From the NCBI GenBank assembly GCA_973895155.1, contig OZ316895.1:18836508-18900507 (forward strand): 64,000 nt of DNA. The letters are read 5' to 3'. Positions 44,620 through 56,717 of the stretch are shown piece by piece (the first letter of the stretch is position 1; the number at the start of each line of letters is the position of its first letter). Both the position numbers and the translations under genes were made by a program. The notes beneath the pieces are model-generated. The model searched no databases. It was not told the DNA's origin and worked only from the letters and a program-made list of their open reading frames with translations. This stretch comes from Marsupella aquatica. Lineage: Eukaryota > Plantae > Marchantiophyta.

Positions 44620-47600
44620 TGTGGTGCGTCCCCTGCCTCCCCAAACCCAAGAAACCCCCTTGCTTAAGCTGATTCCCGCAGGTTTTGTCCTTGGCGAGGC
44701 TGTTTCCGTGGCTTAGCGGCATGGGACGCTGCTAACTGTCCTTCAACTACTTCTATTAACATTTTACACACATATACTGGACAGATCCTTCATCGGGTCA
44801 TGAGATACTTAGCCGGCCTATTCTAGTCCCTCCCTTGTATTCCTCTCCTGGTCTTCCATTAGGTATGTTTGGATTCCGCCACCGAAATGATCCCCAATTG
44901 GCTTGGTTAAGCCGCTAAGACCTCTCTCAGCTCGACACATCCAACTCTCACTCCCCTGCTTACTTCTATTCCTCTATTAGTTGATGTGGGCACTCTTCAC
45001 ACAAGTTAATGCGACACACAAATAGCAAAATGACTCCTTCTGACTGAGTTATACCCTGCACTTGCCATACAAACAGTACATCTCATACACAAGCTCTGCG
45101 AACTAAGCTGTGAGGCCAACTCTATTCAGTTCTTAAGTATGAGGAAACATGAATATACACAAGGGTCACTGTATAACTAACCGAGAGCTTCTCTTACTAC
45201 TTGATCCCAGCCCTGCTGGTGCAACTAGAAACTTGCTAAAGAAGAGGTCGTGAACTCCCCGCAGCCCAGGTACTTATCCTGGTTATGGATCCTGCCTGAT
45301 TCCTTGCAGCGTAAGCCTAATCTACCTACTATAATCTACCTAACTGTAATCTACCTAAGTATAGTGAGGCAGGAGCACAAGTGTCATCCACACCCGTGGA
45401 TCCAAAATCCCACTAATCTAAGTGTCAGGGCCGTCTCCTGATCCTGATCCTAAGTCTAAACTTGGAGATCAGCGCCCGCCCTGCCCACTCATGCCTCCTA
45501 CCTCCACGTCCGCCCTCCCTAAAAGGGACGGCGCCCTTACACCGTCACGACACCGGTGGCTGGTCCTCAATGGATGCCCCCAACGCTTCCTCCGCAGCCA
45601 CTGCCGTTGGTCCGTCCTCTGACAGATTACCTGCCCCTGACCGAGTCAACTCTTCATCGGCCTGACTGGATCCACCATCGGCTTCGGCCTCAGCATCGGT
45701 CATGGCCTCTGCTACGGCTATGGCCTCCCCGGTATGTTCTAGTGGAGGATCCGGTACCTCGGCAGCATTACTGGTTCTCCCAGCCTCGGCCTTGCCATCT
45801 CCACTTCCTAGGACTGGTGAATCCACCACCGTGCCGATGCCAGAGGTTGGTGCCGGGTTTATCTTCTCGGTCACAACGGCTTGAGAAGCCGTATAACTCC
45901 CAGACCTAGAAGGTTTTCGCTTCTTCTTCTTCCCTATTTCGACAGCCGGTTCCTTCCCCTTGACACTTACCTCCGGCACCGGGGTGAGTGTTACGGCTTG
46001 TCCTTCGGCCAATACTACCCCTGGTAACTGGGTTCCCCCAATTGGAGTTGGACCTGAAGAAGCCAAGCATTTAAATACTGTGGCTTGTGTCTTCAGCCGC
46101 TCCGTTTGGTTGTCGGCCCGCCGCTGTAGGTTCTCCATCTTCCTCGTGATTTCCTCCAACTCCTCCTGGGTCTCGTCCAGGTCCTTGCGCGCCTCCTCCA
46201 GGTCCTTATTGGCTTCCTCCAATTCTTTTTTCAAGGTAGCCCTCTCCTCCTGGGTTGCTCTTAGCTCCTTGTCGAGCTCTACGACGACCACAGACTCCAT
46301 CTTATTCATCTTGGCATAAGTCTGGTCGAGCTGGTCATCCTTTTCACGCAGGTCGGCCTTGAAGCTGGCCGTCAGGGACGCAAGCTCCTGCTGCAGCGCA
46401 ATAATCCCTTGATAGGATTTCCCTAACTCTGCTTCCTTCTGCTCAAGGGCTCCGTGGATATCTTCGAGCTCTCCTTTCAACACCCTCTCCCTTCTCTGAG
46501 TCTCCGCCATGGCCCGATTGTTGGTTGCTAAGTGGGCTTCCTCTGCATCCCTTAGCTCCCGCTTCCATTTCTCTCTCTCCTTAACTGCGTCGGCCAACTC
46601 TCCTTGGGTCCGAGTCAAAAACATCTTTGATAATCTGATTGTCAGACTGAGCGGTATCCAACTGCCCCTGCATGATGTTTAGCTCATGCTGGTTAATCCG
46701 CAACTCATCTTGGGCTTTCTTGGCCACCTGCAGGTCTTCCACCTCGGCTTCCTTCTCCCTAAGCCGCCGGATGACCTCGTCCTTCTTGCTTCTCTCAAAA
46801 GCCACCGCTTCTTCTAATCGGTGCTTTTCCAACATCTCCCTCTGGAAAAAGGGTCCCTGCTCCAACTCCTCCCCAAAGATGCTGAGCGCCAGGTCCCCAC
46901 ACATTTCCCCGTACTCCATGGCTCTATCCTTAGCATAGGTGGAGTAACTAGAAGTCATCGGCATCAACCACCGCGGCCTTTGCTCCCAAGCCATCTTGCG
47001 GATTTCTTCTACGGTGGCAAGAGGGTTGCTTCTTTTTTCGGCAAGCCGCCTGATGTCCTCCGGCCAATCTCCTCCTGGTAAATCCTTCTCCCTAGCCAGG
47101 GCTGCTCTCTCTTCCTCCCTAAGTCGCTCCTGAAATTCTTGTGCCGTCTACTTTATGCCGTCAAAGCTCGGGGGAGCAACCTCTGGTGGGGGAGACTCGG
47201 GGTTACTCTACTGGGTGGGGGTCCCCTCGAACTACTCTTGGAAGCGTGGGGATAAATCGGCCACAGGTCCTTACTCTTGGAACATGATGATCCGACCCAT
47301 AGCCGGAGTTATCATTGCTGTAGTCCTCCACCGCCTCCTCCACTACTTGGACTCCCGGCTCCTCTGCCTCTGATTCGGGGCTTGAGGCTCCCACATACAT
47401 TCGCACTCCCGGCCTGTGTTCCGGCCTCAATCTCTCCTTGGTTCCGGTAAAGGGGTCTTCCCTTCTGAGTCGGCTTAGGTCGACTTCTGGGGCAGCGTCC
47501 TGTATCCGTGCCGTTGCCGTTGCCGGAACCATTCTCTTTTCCTTCTCCAGCAATTTCAGCAGATTTTGCATGCCTGGTTGCTGCATCGGCAAGTCTTCTT

Positions 47601-49251
47601 TCCTTGGCCTAAACACCTGCTCGATCGTCAGACTGTCGGGCTGGTTGGGCTTCTCAGGTGCCGGTCTCTACTCCGGGACCTCCTCCGGTGCCCTTGCCAA
47701 TAGGGGAAGTAATGGGGCAAAGATTTGACTTCTGGCATACCGGCACAACAGCGACATGTGATAGCCAAGCCGGGACACGCTTCCCACGCCGATCACCTGC
47801 TGTTCCTCCTTCAAGATCTTCTTCAGTTGGTTGAGGAGGTACCCGTTGTAATCCCGGCTTGGGTCTGGCCTTTCTGCCAGGTAGACCTGAGCCTTGCCGA
47901 TCTCTGCCCTCGGCAAGTTATAGTGCATGGTCACTCGCAAGAAATCGATCATCTCTCCGATGTGCGGGTTGGTGCAGGTGTTCCAAAAGAAGCCATTCTT
48001 CGTTGATGGTCCTAGGAATGACCGGAACTCCTTGTCAGGTAAGGTCTTCCTGGTATCAACCTTGGTCTTATTACCCATCGGCAAGCCAAACACCTCAGCA
48101 ATCACCCGGGGAGTGAGATAGAAATCCTTCCCATACACCCTCGTGGAATTGGTCTCGGGTTCCCATGATCCCACGAATTCTAATAAGTCTGAGTCCGACA
48201 CCTCCGGCTTCAGCCATGGTAATCTTACGAAGGCTTCCAAGCCGGATCCGGCCATGAAGCCTTGGTACTTCTTGGTCTGCATGGCCGTAAAGCATGCATC
48301 CTCCTCCCGTGCAAAGTGTAATTGCACTTCCTCCGGTAGGGTCACCGCCCAGCCTTTCCAGGTGTCATCGTTTGTTGGAATGGCATTGATGGGATCGACC
48401 TCTTCCTCATCGGCTTCTCCCCTTGTCCTGCTCTGCTGCTCTGCTGGCTTCCTAGGTGCCGCTGACCTCGTTCTTTTTGCCGGGGTGGCCTCTTCGTTGT
48501 TGTTTCCTTTCCTTTTCATCTCGGCTGCCATGGATGTTTCTCCTAGCAAGGTTGCCTTTGTCCACCCCTCCGTGTTACCCTTCAACTCCCAATGTAGGTC
48601 GTTGCAGCGATTTATGGCTTCCCGGATGTTGACGATTATGTTTTCGCAAAACAGAAGGTCATCGAGCTGATTGGCAGTAGGAGTCCACAAGAACTCGGCC
48701 TTGATAAGTTCTCCTCCTAAGAAAGCCGTCTTCTGCAGTTCCCAGAGCCGAGCGAGCTCCTGCCATTCTCGAGCTGCTCTCTCTGATTCTTCGTCCTCGT
48801 AAGTCCTGACGTACTCACCTGCCCGTTCGAACAGGCATCCCCAAAAATGTGCCGCTTGATTGACGTTGCTCATACCCTCCTTGAGTCGATCGTTGGTATC
48901 TGTTCCCACCCCGAGTGCTTGTCTAAGCAGCTGACAGCATTTAGCCTCCCATAGTCGTCTGCCCAGTTCGTTCTTGCAAATGAGCCACTATTCCTCGCGA
49001 GCGGTCCTTACCCCTCTCCTCCTCTGGTCTCCCCTCCCGTTGGTCACCCCTAGCCGCCGACGCTTAGCGCGCCCTAACCCTAATCGTGTTCTCTCCCCCG
49101 ACGTCCTTACTTCCGGCCTTGGCCTGGGTTCCATAGTCACCCTTAATTGTTTATATTTTCCTTGTTTGTGGTCCTATACTAAGGTGTTTCCAGGGTACAC
49201 TCCTGCTTTACCATGTAAACCGGGCTTAGTGATTCCTGGCTAGGCATCACA
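44620..49251. mobile_element. 4.6-kb nested insertion with TG..CA ends and 5-bp TSD; probable solo LTR of a large Gypsy (Athila/Tat-like) element
   Basis: Starts TGTGGTGC, ends GCATCACA; AGTGC on both sides (44615-44619 and 49252-49256); splits the Copia RT. No internal direct repeat, gag or pol seen. Confidence 0.82.
45545..48909 (-). pseudogene. Long ORF (about 1100 codons; stops and two frameshifts) with a plant-TE accessory domain (Athila ORF/Transposase_32/PMD-like) and a long coiled coil
   Basis: ORFs 47668-48909 and 47203-47616 share a frame; 46581-46994 and 45545-46624 are shifted. Motif LLEFVGSW..VYGKDFYLTPRVIAEVFGLP; E/K/L heptad-rich C-half. Confidence 0.7.
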
Positions 49252-50390
49252 AGTGCCTAATCATGTGTTGTGAGCTATGTCGGGATAGCAGGTTGACAGC
49301 AAAGGCAATATCCGGGCAAGTCTGGGAGGCTAAGAAGAGTAGTGCCCCGATGATGGACAAGTATGGTTTCTTGGGGCCAAGAAGTGGCTCTTGTTTGGTT
49401 CTTTTCCGAAATATATCTTTCTCTTTGTCTAGTGAACATAAGTCCATTGGTGATCTTACTGATTTCACTGTATGCATGTTGAATTGTTTCAGGATCCTGC
49501 GGGTATAAGTTGATTGGTGGATGAATACTCCACTCGTAAGGTGTTTGAACTGCAGTCCGAGGCAGAATGCAGTTCTGCCTAAATCTCTGGTTTCAAATAC
49601 TCGATTCAAACTGTTTAATTGTATCCAGTACGATCTTTTTTGTGCCAAATAGGTTTAGATCATCCACATAGATGGCCACTATGATTATTTCATGTCCTTC
49701 GTGTTTAATGAATAGGCACGGGGTAAGGTCTGAGGTCTTGAAACCCATGGCCAACATCTCATGTTTGAAATGTTTATACTAGGTGCGTCCACTTTGCTTC
49801 AAGCCATACATGGATCGGAGGACCTGGACAGCGAAACGAGTTCTTGCATGAAGTGCCTTCTCGTTCAGTTTGGGCTTAGTAGAAGCTTGCCATCCTATTG
49901 CTTTTGCAGTGTTGTATAACACTGTTTTGTTTGTGTGGCCAAAAGGGCCTTCGCTCATAGTGTTTGTGTCTAGATGCCCCTTCTCCCCCTGAATGTGGTG
50001 GTTTACTCTGGTTATAAGTTCAGGAGGGGCTTCCATATAGATCGTAGTGTCAAGGTGACCGTATAGGTAAGCGGTCCTATGTCCAGTTGATGCATTATAA
50101 GTTTATGGTGTATGGCGAATGCTATTAGGTATTTGTACGTTATCACGTCCATTACCGGTGAGTAAGTTTAGTCATAGTCTCTGCCTGGGATTTGTGTGAA
50201 TCCTCTGGCTACTAATCTGGCTTTGTATCTCACAATCGCTCCCTTTGCATTCCTCTTTTTGATGTATGTCCATTTGTAGCCCGTGAGGTGAACCTCCGGT
50301 GGAGCTGGTTTAATCGGGCCAAACGCTTGCCGTGAGATCAAGGAGTCGAGTTCAGAATTGATTGCAGTTTGCCATTCTTGCCAGTCTTTT
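49252..50390 (-). pseudogene. Copia reverse transcriptase, decayed
   Basis: WQTAINSELDSL, GYKW..YKARLVARGFTQIPG.DY, YGLKQSGR, IYVDDL, DLG..FCLGLQ, PYLSIIGALLFLA; several stops and frameshifts. Confidence 0.9.
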
Positions 50391-50392
50391 TG

Positions 50393-51831
50393 CTATATAG
50401 ACTTACGTATATAGTCAGTATAGAATGTATATGTTTGGACGGCATAGAATCCCAGTGGGAAAGCTGTGAGGGTTTCTTTGATCTCCACGCCTCTCGGGGT
50501 CTGGGCTAGGATGTGTAGCACCTCTTGATTTTCCTGTATGCTGGTGTGAATGTGCAGGCCATTCTCGCGAATGTCCTTGAAGCTCAGGAGATTTTGTGTA
50601 GCCCTCGGAGCATAAATGGCGGACTTGATATGGATAATTGTGCCTTTGGGTAGCTTTAGTCTTGCTGGGCCGTTCCCTTCTTCCAACTGATGGTGTCCCA
50701 TTATTGTTGTGACTCTTCTTTGGGATGGAATTATGTATTTGAAGTAAGCTTTGATCCTTAATATTGAATGAGAAGTTCCGCTATCTAGTATGCAGTGGTA
50801 TGGATCATTCAAAGTTGCGGACATCTCTGATTGAAAAGCAAGGTGCAGTTCAGGTAATAGTTCTGGAGTTTCTAAGAATGCTCCGTGTGTTTCATATTCT
50901 GCGTTGTTTTGATTTTTCTGATATAAAGCAACAAGATGTGCTGGGGCTCGACATGCTTTCTTAATATGTCCTCTAGTGCCACACCTATGACAAATTTGCG
51001 GGTTCTCGGACTTATCTGGATTGTTGTTGTTTCTGGTCCAGTTGTTCCGGAACCTGCCTGGTTGTGATCTCCCTCGGCCTCTTCCTCCCCGGTATGAGCT
51101 TCTTCCTCCACGTTGGGAGGAATTTCCACGTCCACGGTAGGTTTGTCGTCCCCTATATTTCCCTCTCCCTCCAAATGAGTTGTTGAATCCTTGTCTTGGT
51201 GTGTTGAAATGGGTTTCAGGGTTCGCTTGTGGAGGTAGGGTGTCGGGTGGTCGTTGTTTCGTATTTTGCAGCAGTAAAATTTGGTATTTTTCTGCTAACA
51301 ACATATGTGCAATTAACTCTGAATATGTTGTGAATCTCATATTTTGGTATTGGGTGGATATTACCAGGTTCGTTGAGTGGAAGTTGAGAGGGTCTTCTCA
51401 ATTTGTTCTTTGTCATTAACCGGGTGGCCGCATATTGCTAATTGCGAAACAATGCGAAACAATTTGCTGTTGTATTCTACGATCGTCTTGTGATCCTGTA
51501 CACGGAGGTTAATCCAGTTGTGCCGCGCTGCAGGGAGAAAAATGGTGCCGGTATGATCAAATCTGGCGTGGAGTTCATCCCAAAGTACTCTAGGATTATA
51601 TGCATTCGTGTACTGGCGTTTTAAAGAATTGGCGAGGTGGTGGCGGATCAGAATTAGCGCCTTAGCCTTTTCCTGTAGTGTGGGGCCGTTGTCTGTCAGA
51701 ATTGTGTCCTCCAGATTTTTAGATGCGAGGTGGGCCTCAACATCTAGTGTCCAAGACAAGAAGTTTGAGCCATCGATGCATAGGGCTTGGAAGTAGAGCT
51801 TCTCAATAGTATTAGTAGTCATTGTGCCCAA
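50393..51831 (-). pseudogene. Copia gag, zinc knuckle and protease
   Basis: DGSNFLSW..IRHHL..LWDELHARFDH; CHRCGTRGHIKKAC; CILDSGTSHSI; NLLSFKDIRENG; frameshift at about 51360. Confidence 0.92.
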
Positions 51832-52198
51832 GTGAGGTTTGCGTTTAGAGGTTGTAATATGATGCGGGACCTCGCTGCTCAGTTGTGTCTAGTGATGTTT
51901 AACTGTTGTCAGTAATTTCTGCCCAGGATAGATGTAGGGAATTTATCCTTAAAGATTTTGAAAGGATCAATGTAAGATTGCAGCAATTGAATGATGCATG
52001 AGTTGATGCGGATTGATTATACCCAATTTTGCATTTTATCTCGACGAAATCTGGTGTAGAATTACTATCTATGGGTTCACAGACCTCGGGCGTTCTTGGT
52101 TTGAGTGCCACTGAGGTCCCCACAGATCCGCCTGTAATCTTCCGAGGTCAATGCTCTCCCAAAATCGATGTCTCCTTCAAAAAATTTGATGAGCACCT

Positions 52199-52212
52199 TC
52201 GTGCTGATAACG
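52199..52212 (-). promoter_or_regulatory. Primer-binding site complementary to the tRNA-Ile anticodon arm (half-tRNA priming)
   Basis: CGTTATCAGCACGA directly after the 5' LTR; the + strand reads TCGTGCTGATAACG, like the tRNA-Ile anticodon arm. Confidence 0.75.
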
Positions 52213-52343
52213 TGTTAAACATTACAATGATCCGAATGCTTTATTCATCTTCCTTCATATACATAGTAGGTTGCTAAGGTGGTTGGTTATGTAACCGCCT
52301 TAGTCCTAACCTTTGGGTAGACCTAACCTAAGGGGTTATAACA
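52213..52343 (-). repeat. Copia 5' LTR
   Basis: Direct repeat of 43248-43378, followed by TSD ATAGT. Confidence 0.96.
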
Positions 52344-53574
52344 ATAGTGATATTTTGGAGCTTGGTGGATTCACTGCAAACACTGTTGGCACAACGTGAG
52401 CTCCAAATTATATATATTCTTAGTTTTATAATAAAGGTTTTACTTAGCGTAGGAAGTACCTGCCAGGAAACCAAACTAAAACCAATTGAGCATGAGTGCT
52501 CCCAAAGTCTTGAAGGAGGCATGCTGGAATTATAAATCATCTGCCTCGTACCCGGCCTCGTACCTCTTGGCTTGTACCATGTCCAACTGTTGCCCAGATC
52601 ACTGCGGCTGTCTTGTTTAGTCTTGTCTGTTCCTGACTTTGTTTACTTTTGTCTGTTCCTGATTTTTACGTACATCACTTTTTCAGTCTCCCAATCCATT
52701 TTTTGGTTATAATTTAAAATTTGGACCTCTACTGTAGCTGTCTTGTTTGTTATCCTTTTCATCTCCGAATTACTCTAACCTCCCACGTACATAATGCTTA
52801 TGTTATTTCAATTTTGAAATTAACTGAACCCCCCCCTTCCGTGAACTTCTTTCTCTGCCCTTCTCTGCCATTGATTGAAAAGAAAAATTGCTCAGGGCAC
52901 TGCTTGAGCACACAAGCTCATTGTTCCAACTGAATTTCACTAGTGCATCACACCGTACCCGCTGTATGTTTGTTGTATGTTATATTTAAGTTAAAATTAA
53001 ATCAAGAATTATTATGACTTTCTTATGGGCCCTAACCCGTGGCCCACGCCTCCTTGACCTGGGCACATAATATGAGGTTTGCACGTTCTGCACTGGTTAA
53101 AAGTTGATGATTATGAATCTTAAGATAACTTCTAGTTTTCACATGCAGGACGACTAGAAAAGGAGGAGACTAAAAACAAACACGTCCTATTATTTCATAT
53201 TAACACAATAAAAATTAAGCTAAGAAAACTTACCCCTCCACATTTCATTGTGAATAACTCAATCAAAATGGTCAAAAATTCACTGTCACTTTAAGTGCAG
53301 CTTACCTAGTCTTCTAGCACATCTTGAAAGGTAAAAGAAAGTTAGATTATTATTTTTAATAAAGTAAAATAGTCAAGCATTAGAAGGATGTACCTATGTC
53401 CTGCATCCCTCAATGAATATTGAATGTGAGAAAAAAGTTAAATTTGTTTTTTCCTTGCCTGTTTTCACTTTACTACTTTTGACCTCTGGCAGTGTTCACA
53501 ATTCTTGTTTCTAGCCCTTTACTATAGCTGCCTCCAAAACATGTACTTTTTGTATTGCTTTTTGCCTTGAAATA

Positions 53575-53848
53575 GAAAGCTGACCCATCCAAGAGAGGAT
53601 AGACCCTCAACTCAAGAGAGTGTGCCTCTGGAGTAGCCCACAAGGGGTCACACCCAAGGATCCAATACCCAGACCGGGAGGGAGAGAAGGTTGAACCAGA
53701 GCCCCAAAGTGGACCGGCCAGGGGCTGAGGAGAAACCAGGACTCCCTCCCACCACCACTACCCCTCGCTCACCCTCCCCCACACACACTCCACAACACTT
53801 GCATGTGGAGGGGGGATTGAACCTGGTACCTCTCGGTTCTAGGCTAAT
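53575..53848 (-). mobile_element. Possible tRNA-derived SINE (5'-truncated)
   Basis: GC-rich island in AT-rich DNA; B-box-like GGTTCAATCCC at its 5' end on the minus strand and an A-rich 3' flank. No well-spaced A box or TSD confirmed. Confidence 0.4.
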
Positions 53849-56717
53849 TGAAATATGTACTCTTTGAATTGGGACATTTCTGCATTTCTCACCATGTGAG
53901 GAGTAATTCTCCTCCTCTCCAGTGAGTGAAACAGGTGCCTTAGAAAAGGGAAGTTTTTGAATTTTTTTTGTGCGTGCCTAACAACATGAAATGGAAAGGG
54001 CACCTAACAAATGATTTTGTGCAACCCGCCCAAAAAGCACTCAGTGTTGTTTCCCTCCATTGGGGAAAGGAGCCAACTAAGTACTCTAAGTGCAAAAGCC
54101 AAGTGTGGTGTCACCTGAGGTTTTTTCATACCTCTCAATGACGTGGTTAAGAGGTGCCATGTCTCATGGAAATCAATCTTTTGTCTTTTCTATTCCCCTA
54201 GCTTGCTGCTTCTCCAGTTCTCCCTTGGTGCCCTCACCCTTCCTGTCCAAAATGCAACCTTGGATCCCCTACCCCCTACTCCTTTCCATCCTTGGTTTTA
54301 ACTCAAATTTTCCACCCAGAAAAGGAAAGAAGACCCAGAACAAACATGCCAGAACAACAATCATACACAACAGCATATTTCTGCATCTCCCCTTGCTGGG
54401 CAATAGCACCCTTTTCTGTTTTGCCTTCCTGTCTAAAATGCTACCTTAGGTTCCCCATCCCCGGTTTGGCCTTAATGGGAAAATCAGGGGTCTGGACCCT
54501 GTCACCCATCACTTCGAACACCCGATAGTCCTGACCGTGCAGTCCCAACCCCGGCCCCGACTCCGAACTGGGGACAGGCTCACTAAATCAGGGGGGTCCG
54601 GGGGAGCCTGGGACCGGGCCGGGAAGGGGTTTGGAAGAATTTGGGACCGGCTGGGGAATAAAGAGGAATGTACGTCATTTGGCCCCTTTTGGAGCCATAA
54701 TGTGACAAGTTTATGTGTCTGGCAACACGTAAACTTGCCCGTCAACTCAAACCAGGTCCCGTCTCCTTCTCCTGTAAGTTGTGGCAAATAAAGTGATGAA
54801 ACACAAGTAAAGACAAATCTAAGCTACCATTCGTGCACACACGTCCAGGGAATTCCTTAATAGGTTTTAATTGGGATCCTGTAGACCGTTTGGAGTTTAT
54901 TGAATTGGCCATGTGATATAATTTTCTGAATTCAGATTGTACACCAAAATAGAACACAATTACAGAAACAAAAAGCCATTGTGGCGCTGCTGTTGTTGTA
55001 GGCTACTCTTCTGGCCTCCTTGTGGAGTTGTCCTTTTCTTGTTCAGTTGGTGTGGTGTCGTTTGCTTCCCCTTTCTCTAATCTTGTGGGTTTAACAAAAT
55101 CATGTAAAAAATACTCCCGGTAAATTACTGTCAAAAACGAAACACATTAACACAAACAGCCAGGCCCCACAAGAATTAAAGTGTCACCCAAACCAAGAAG
55201 CATCTGGGAAGGGGGCAACTGGTACAGAAGGAGGACTGGACAAGCACAGCCTCCCTCCAAGCTTGACATAGCAACGGGGAGACAAATAATGGAGTAACAA
55301 ACCAAAGGACATTCATTAACAGGTGTTCAAATAAACTCAGGTTGTAGTGTCGCTCATGAAGCAGTAGACAGTAGCTAAAAGCGGTGTTCGACTGTTCGTG
55401 TGATCCCCCCCCGAAATCTGTTGACGACTGTTGTCGTAGCCGGGACCAATTACGGATCGAAGAAACGACGACTCGGCTACGTAGATGCCGACGACAACCA
55501 CAGGAAGTGTTGTCGGCGCCAAGGCACTCCCCCACACCAACCCTGGAGAAAGCTGATCGAGCGAGATTAATCTTCAACATATTGACAATGTATATGACCC
55601 CGTCAAAATCCCAGTAAATAAGTGATTCAGAGGTCGTGTACCGTACATGGCCCGGGACATCTACTTATCGAGTGAATGCATGCATGAGATCTACAGGTGT
55701 GCGCTTGAACGAACGTACGGAAATTGGCATTGACAGATAGATTCCGGTTCGACACTTTACACATCGGTCTACAATAGTAGGCCAGCATCAGCCATGAACT
55801 TGTTTAGTTTATCGAAAATGTATGAACGGAAAGGTTTTCTCCTGCTTTGACCTTACCTGACACCCCTGCCCTCAAATGGGAGTACCGAAGACATAATTCG
55901 TACTAACATACAAGAAAAGGATGGATGGAATGATATTATGTATAGGATAACGCAGCTCTAGGCAGCCATTATTGGGCTGCAACGGGGTGACCAGGTTCTG
56001 ACAGGAAGTTGACCGGCGTAGCCGGGAAACTGACTGGAAGAACCGGGGAACACCGGTAAAGCCCACTAATGGACGGCCTAGATCTGCGTTAACTTGCGTA
56101 ATCTAGGTCGACTGTGTTAGTTACTGGATAAACCCGTTTTGGCAAATGGGAAGTAGGCGTCAGCAGCGCGCGAACAATGGGAGGCGCGAGCAATGCGAGA
56201 GTGGGAGGCAGTAGTGGGAGGCGACAGTAGTGGGAGGCGCGAGCGATGCGCGAGTAGTGTGAGATTGAAGGTCGAAGTGCTAAGCGGGAGGCTGAACGTG
56301 GAGGCAAGTGCAGCGATTGAATGGGGAGGCAAGTGCAGCGGCTGAGTCGTCAAGTTGCTGAAAGGGCGGCGAGCTGCTGTCAATTTCATTGCATTTGAAA
56401 TCGTTTTCTATGGTGGCATTGCTTTGTGCTTCTTTGTGTAGCTTGCAGTTTTTAAAATCTGTTTAGGGTGGCGCGAGCACCATGGAGATTTGAGTTGCAT
56501 GCTTGTGCTATGCGCTCGCCCCTTCAGCTGATTCAAAATGTGGATTCGCTGTGTGTTCTTGCTCTCAGATCCCTGTTATGTAATTAGTATAAGGTCATCA
56601 GACGATCGAATCACTAAGAACATGGCTCATTGTGTGAAGAAGCTCATCTCCTTTTCTGCCATAACTGGTTCGATTAATTCAGTGTTGCCTGGTTGCAAGG
56701 TTGTGCGGGGTCGAAGG

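Larger units (their letters stand above)
43248..52343 (-). mobile_element. Ty1/Copia LTR retrotransposon (Bianca/Lyco-like) with 131-bp LTRs, integrase deleted, and a nested insertion
   Basis: LTRs 43248-43378 and 52213-52343 (TG..CA, 2 mismatches); TSD ATAGT; PPT ctcccccttgga at 43379; PBS CGTTATCAGCACGA; gag, zinc knuckle, protease LDSGTSH, RT YKARLVARGF and YGLKQSGR, RNase H GYADA..KHI..ADLFTK. Confidence 0.96.
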
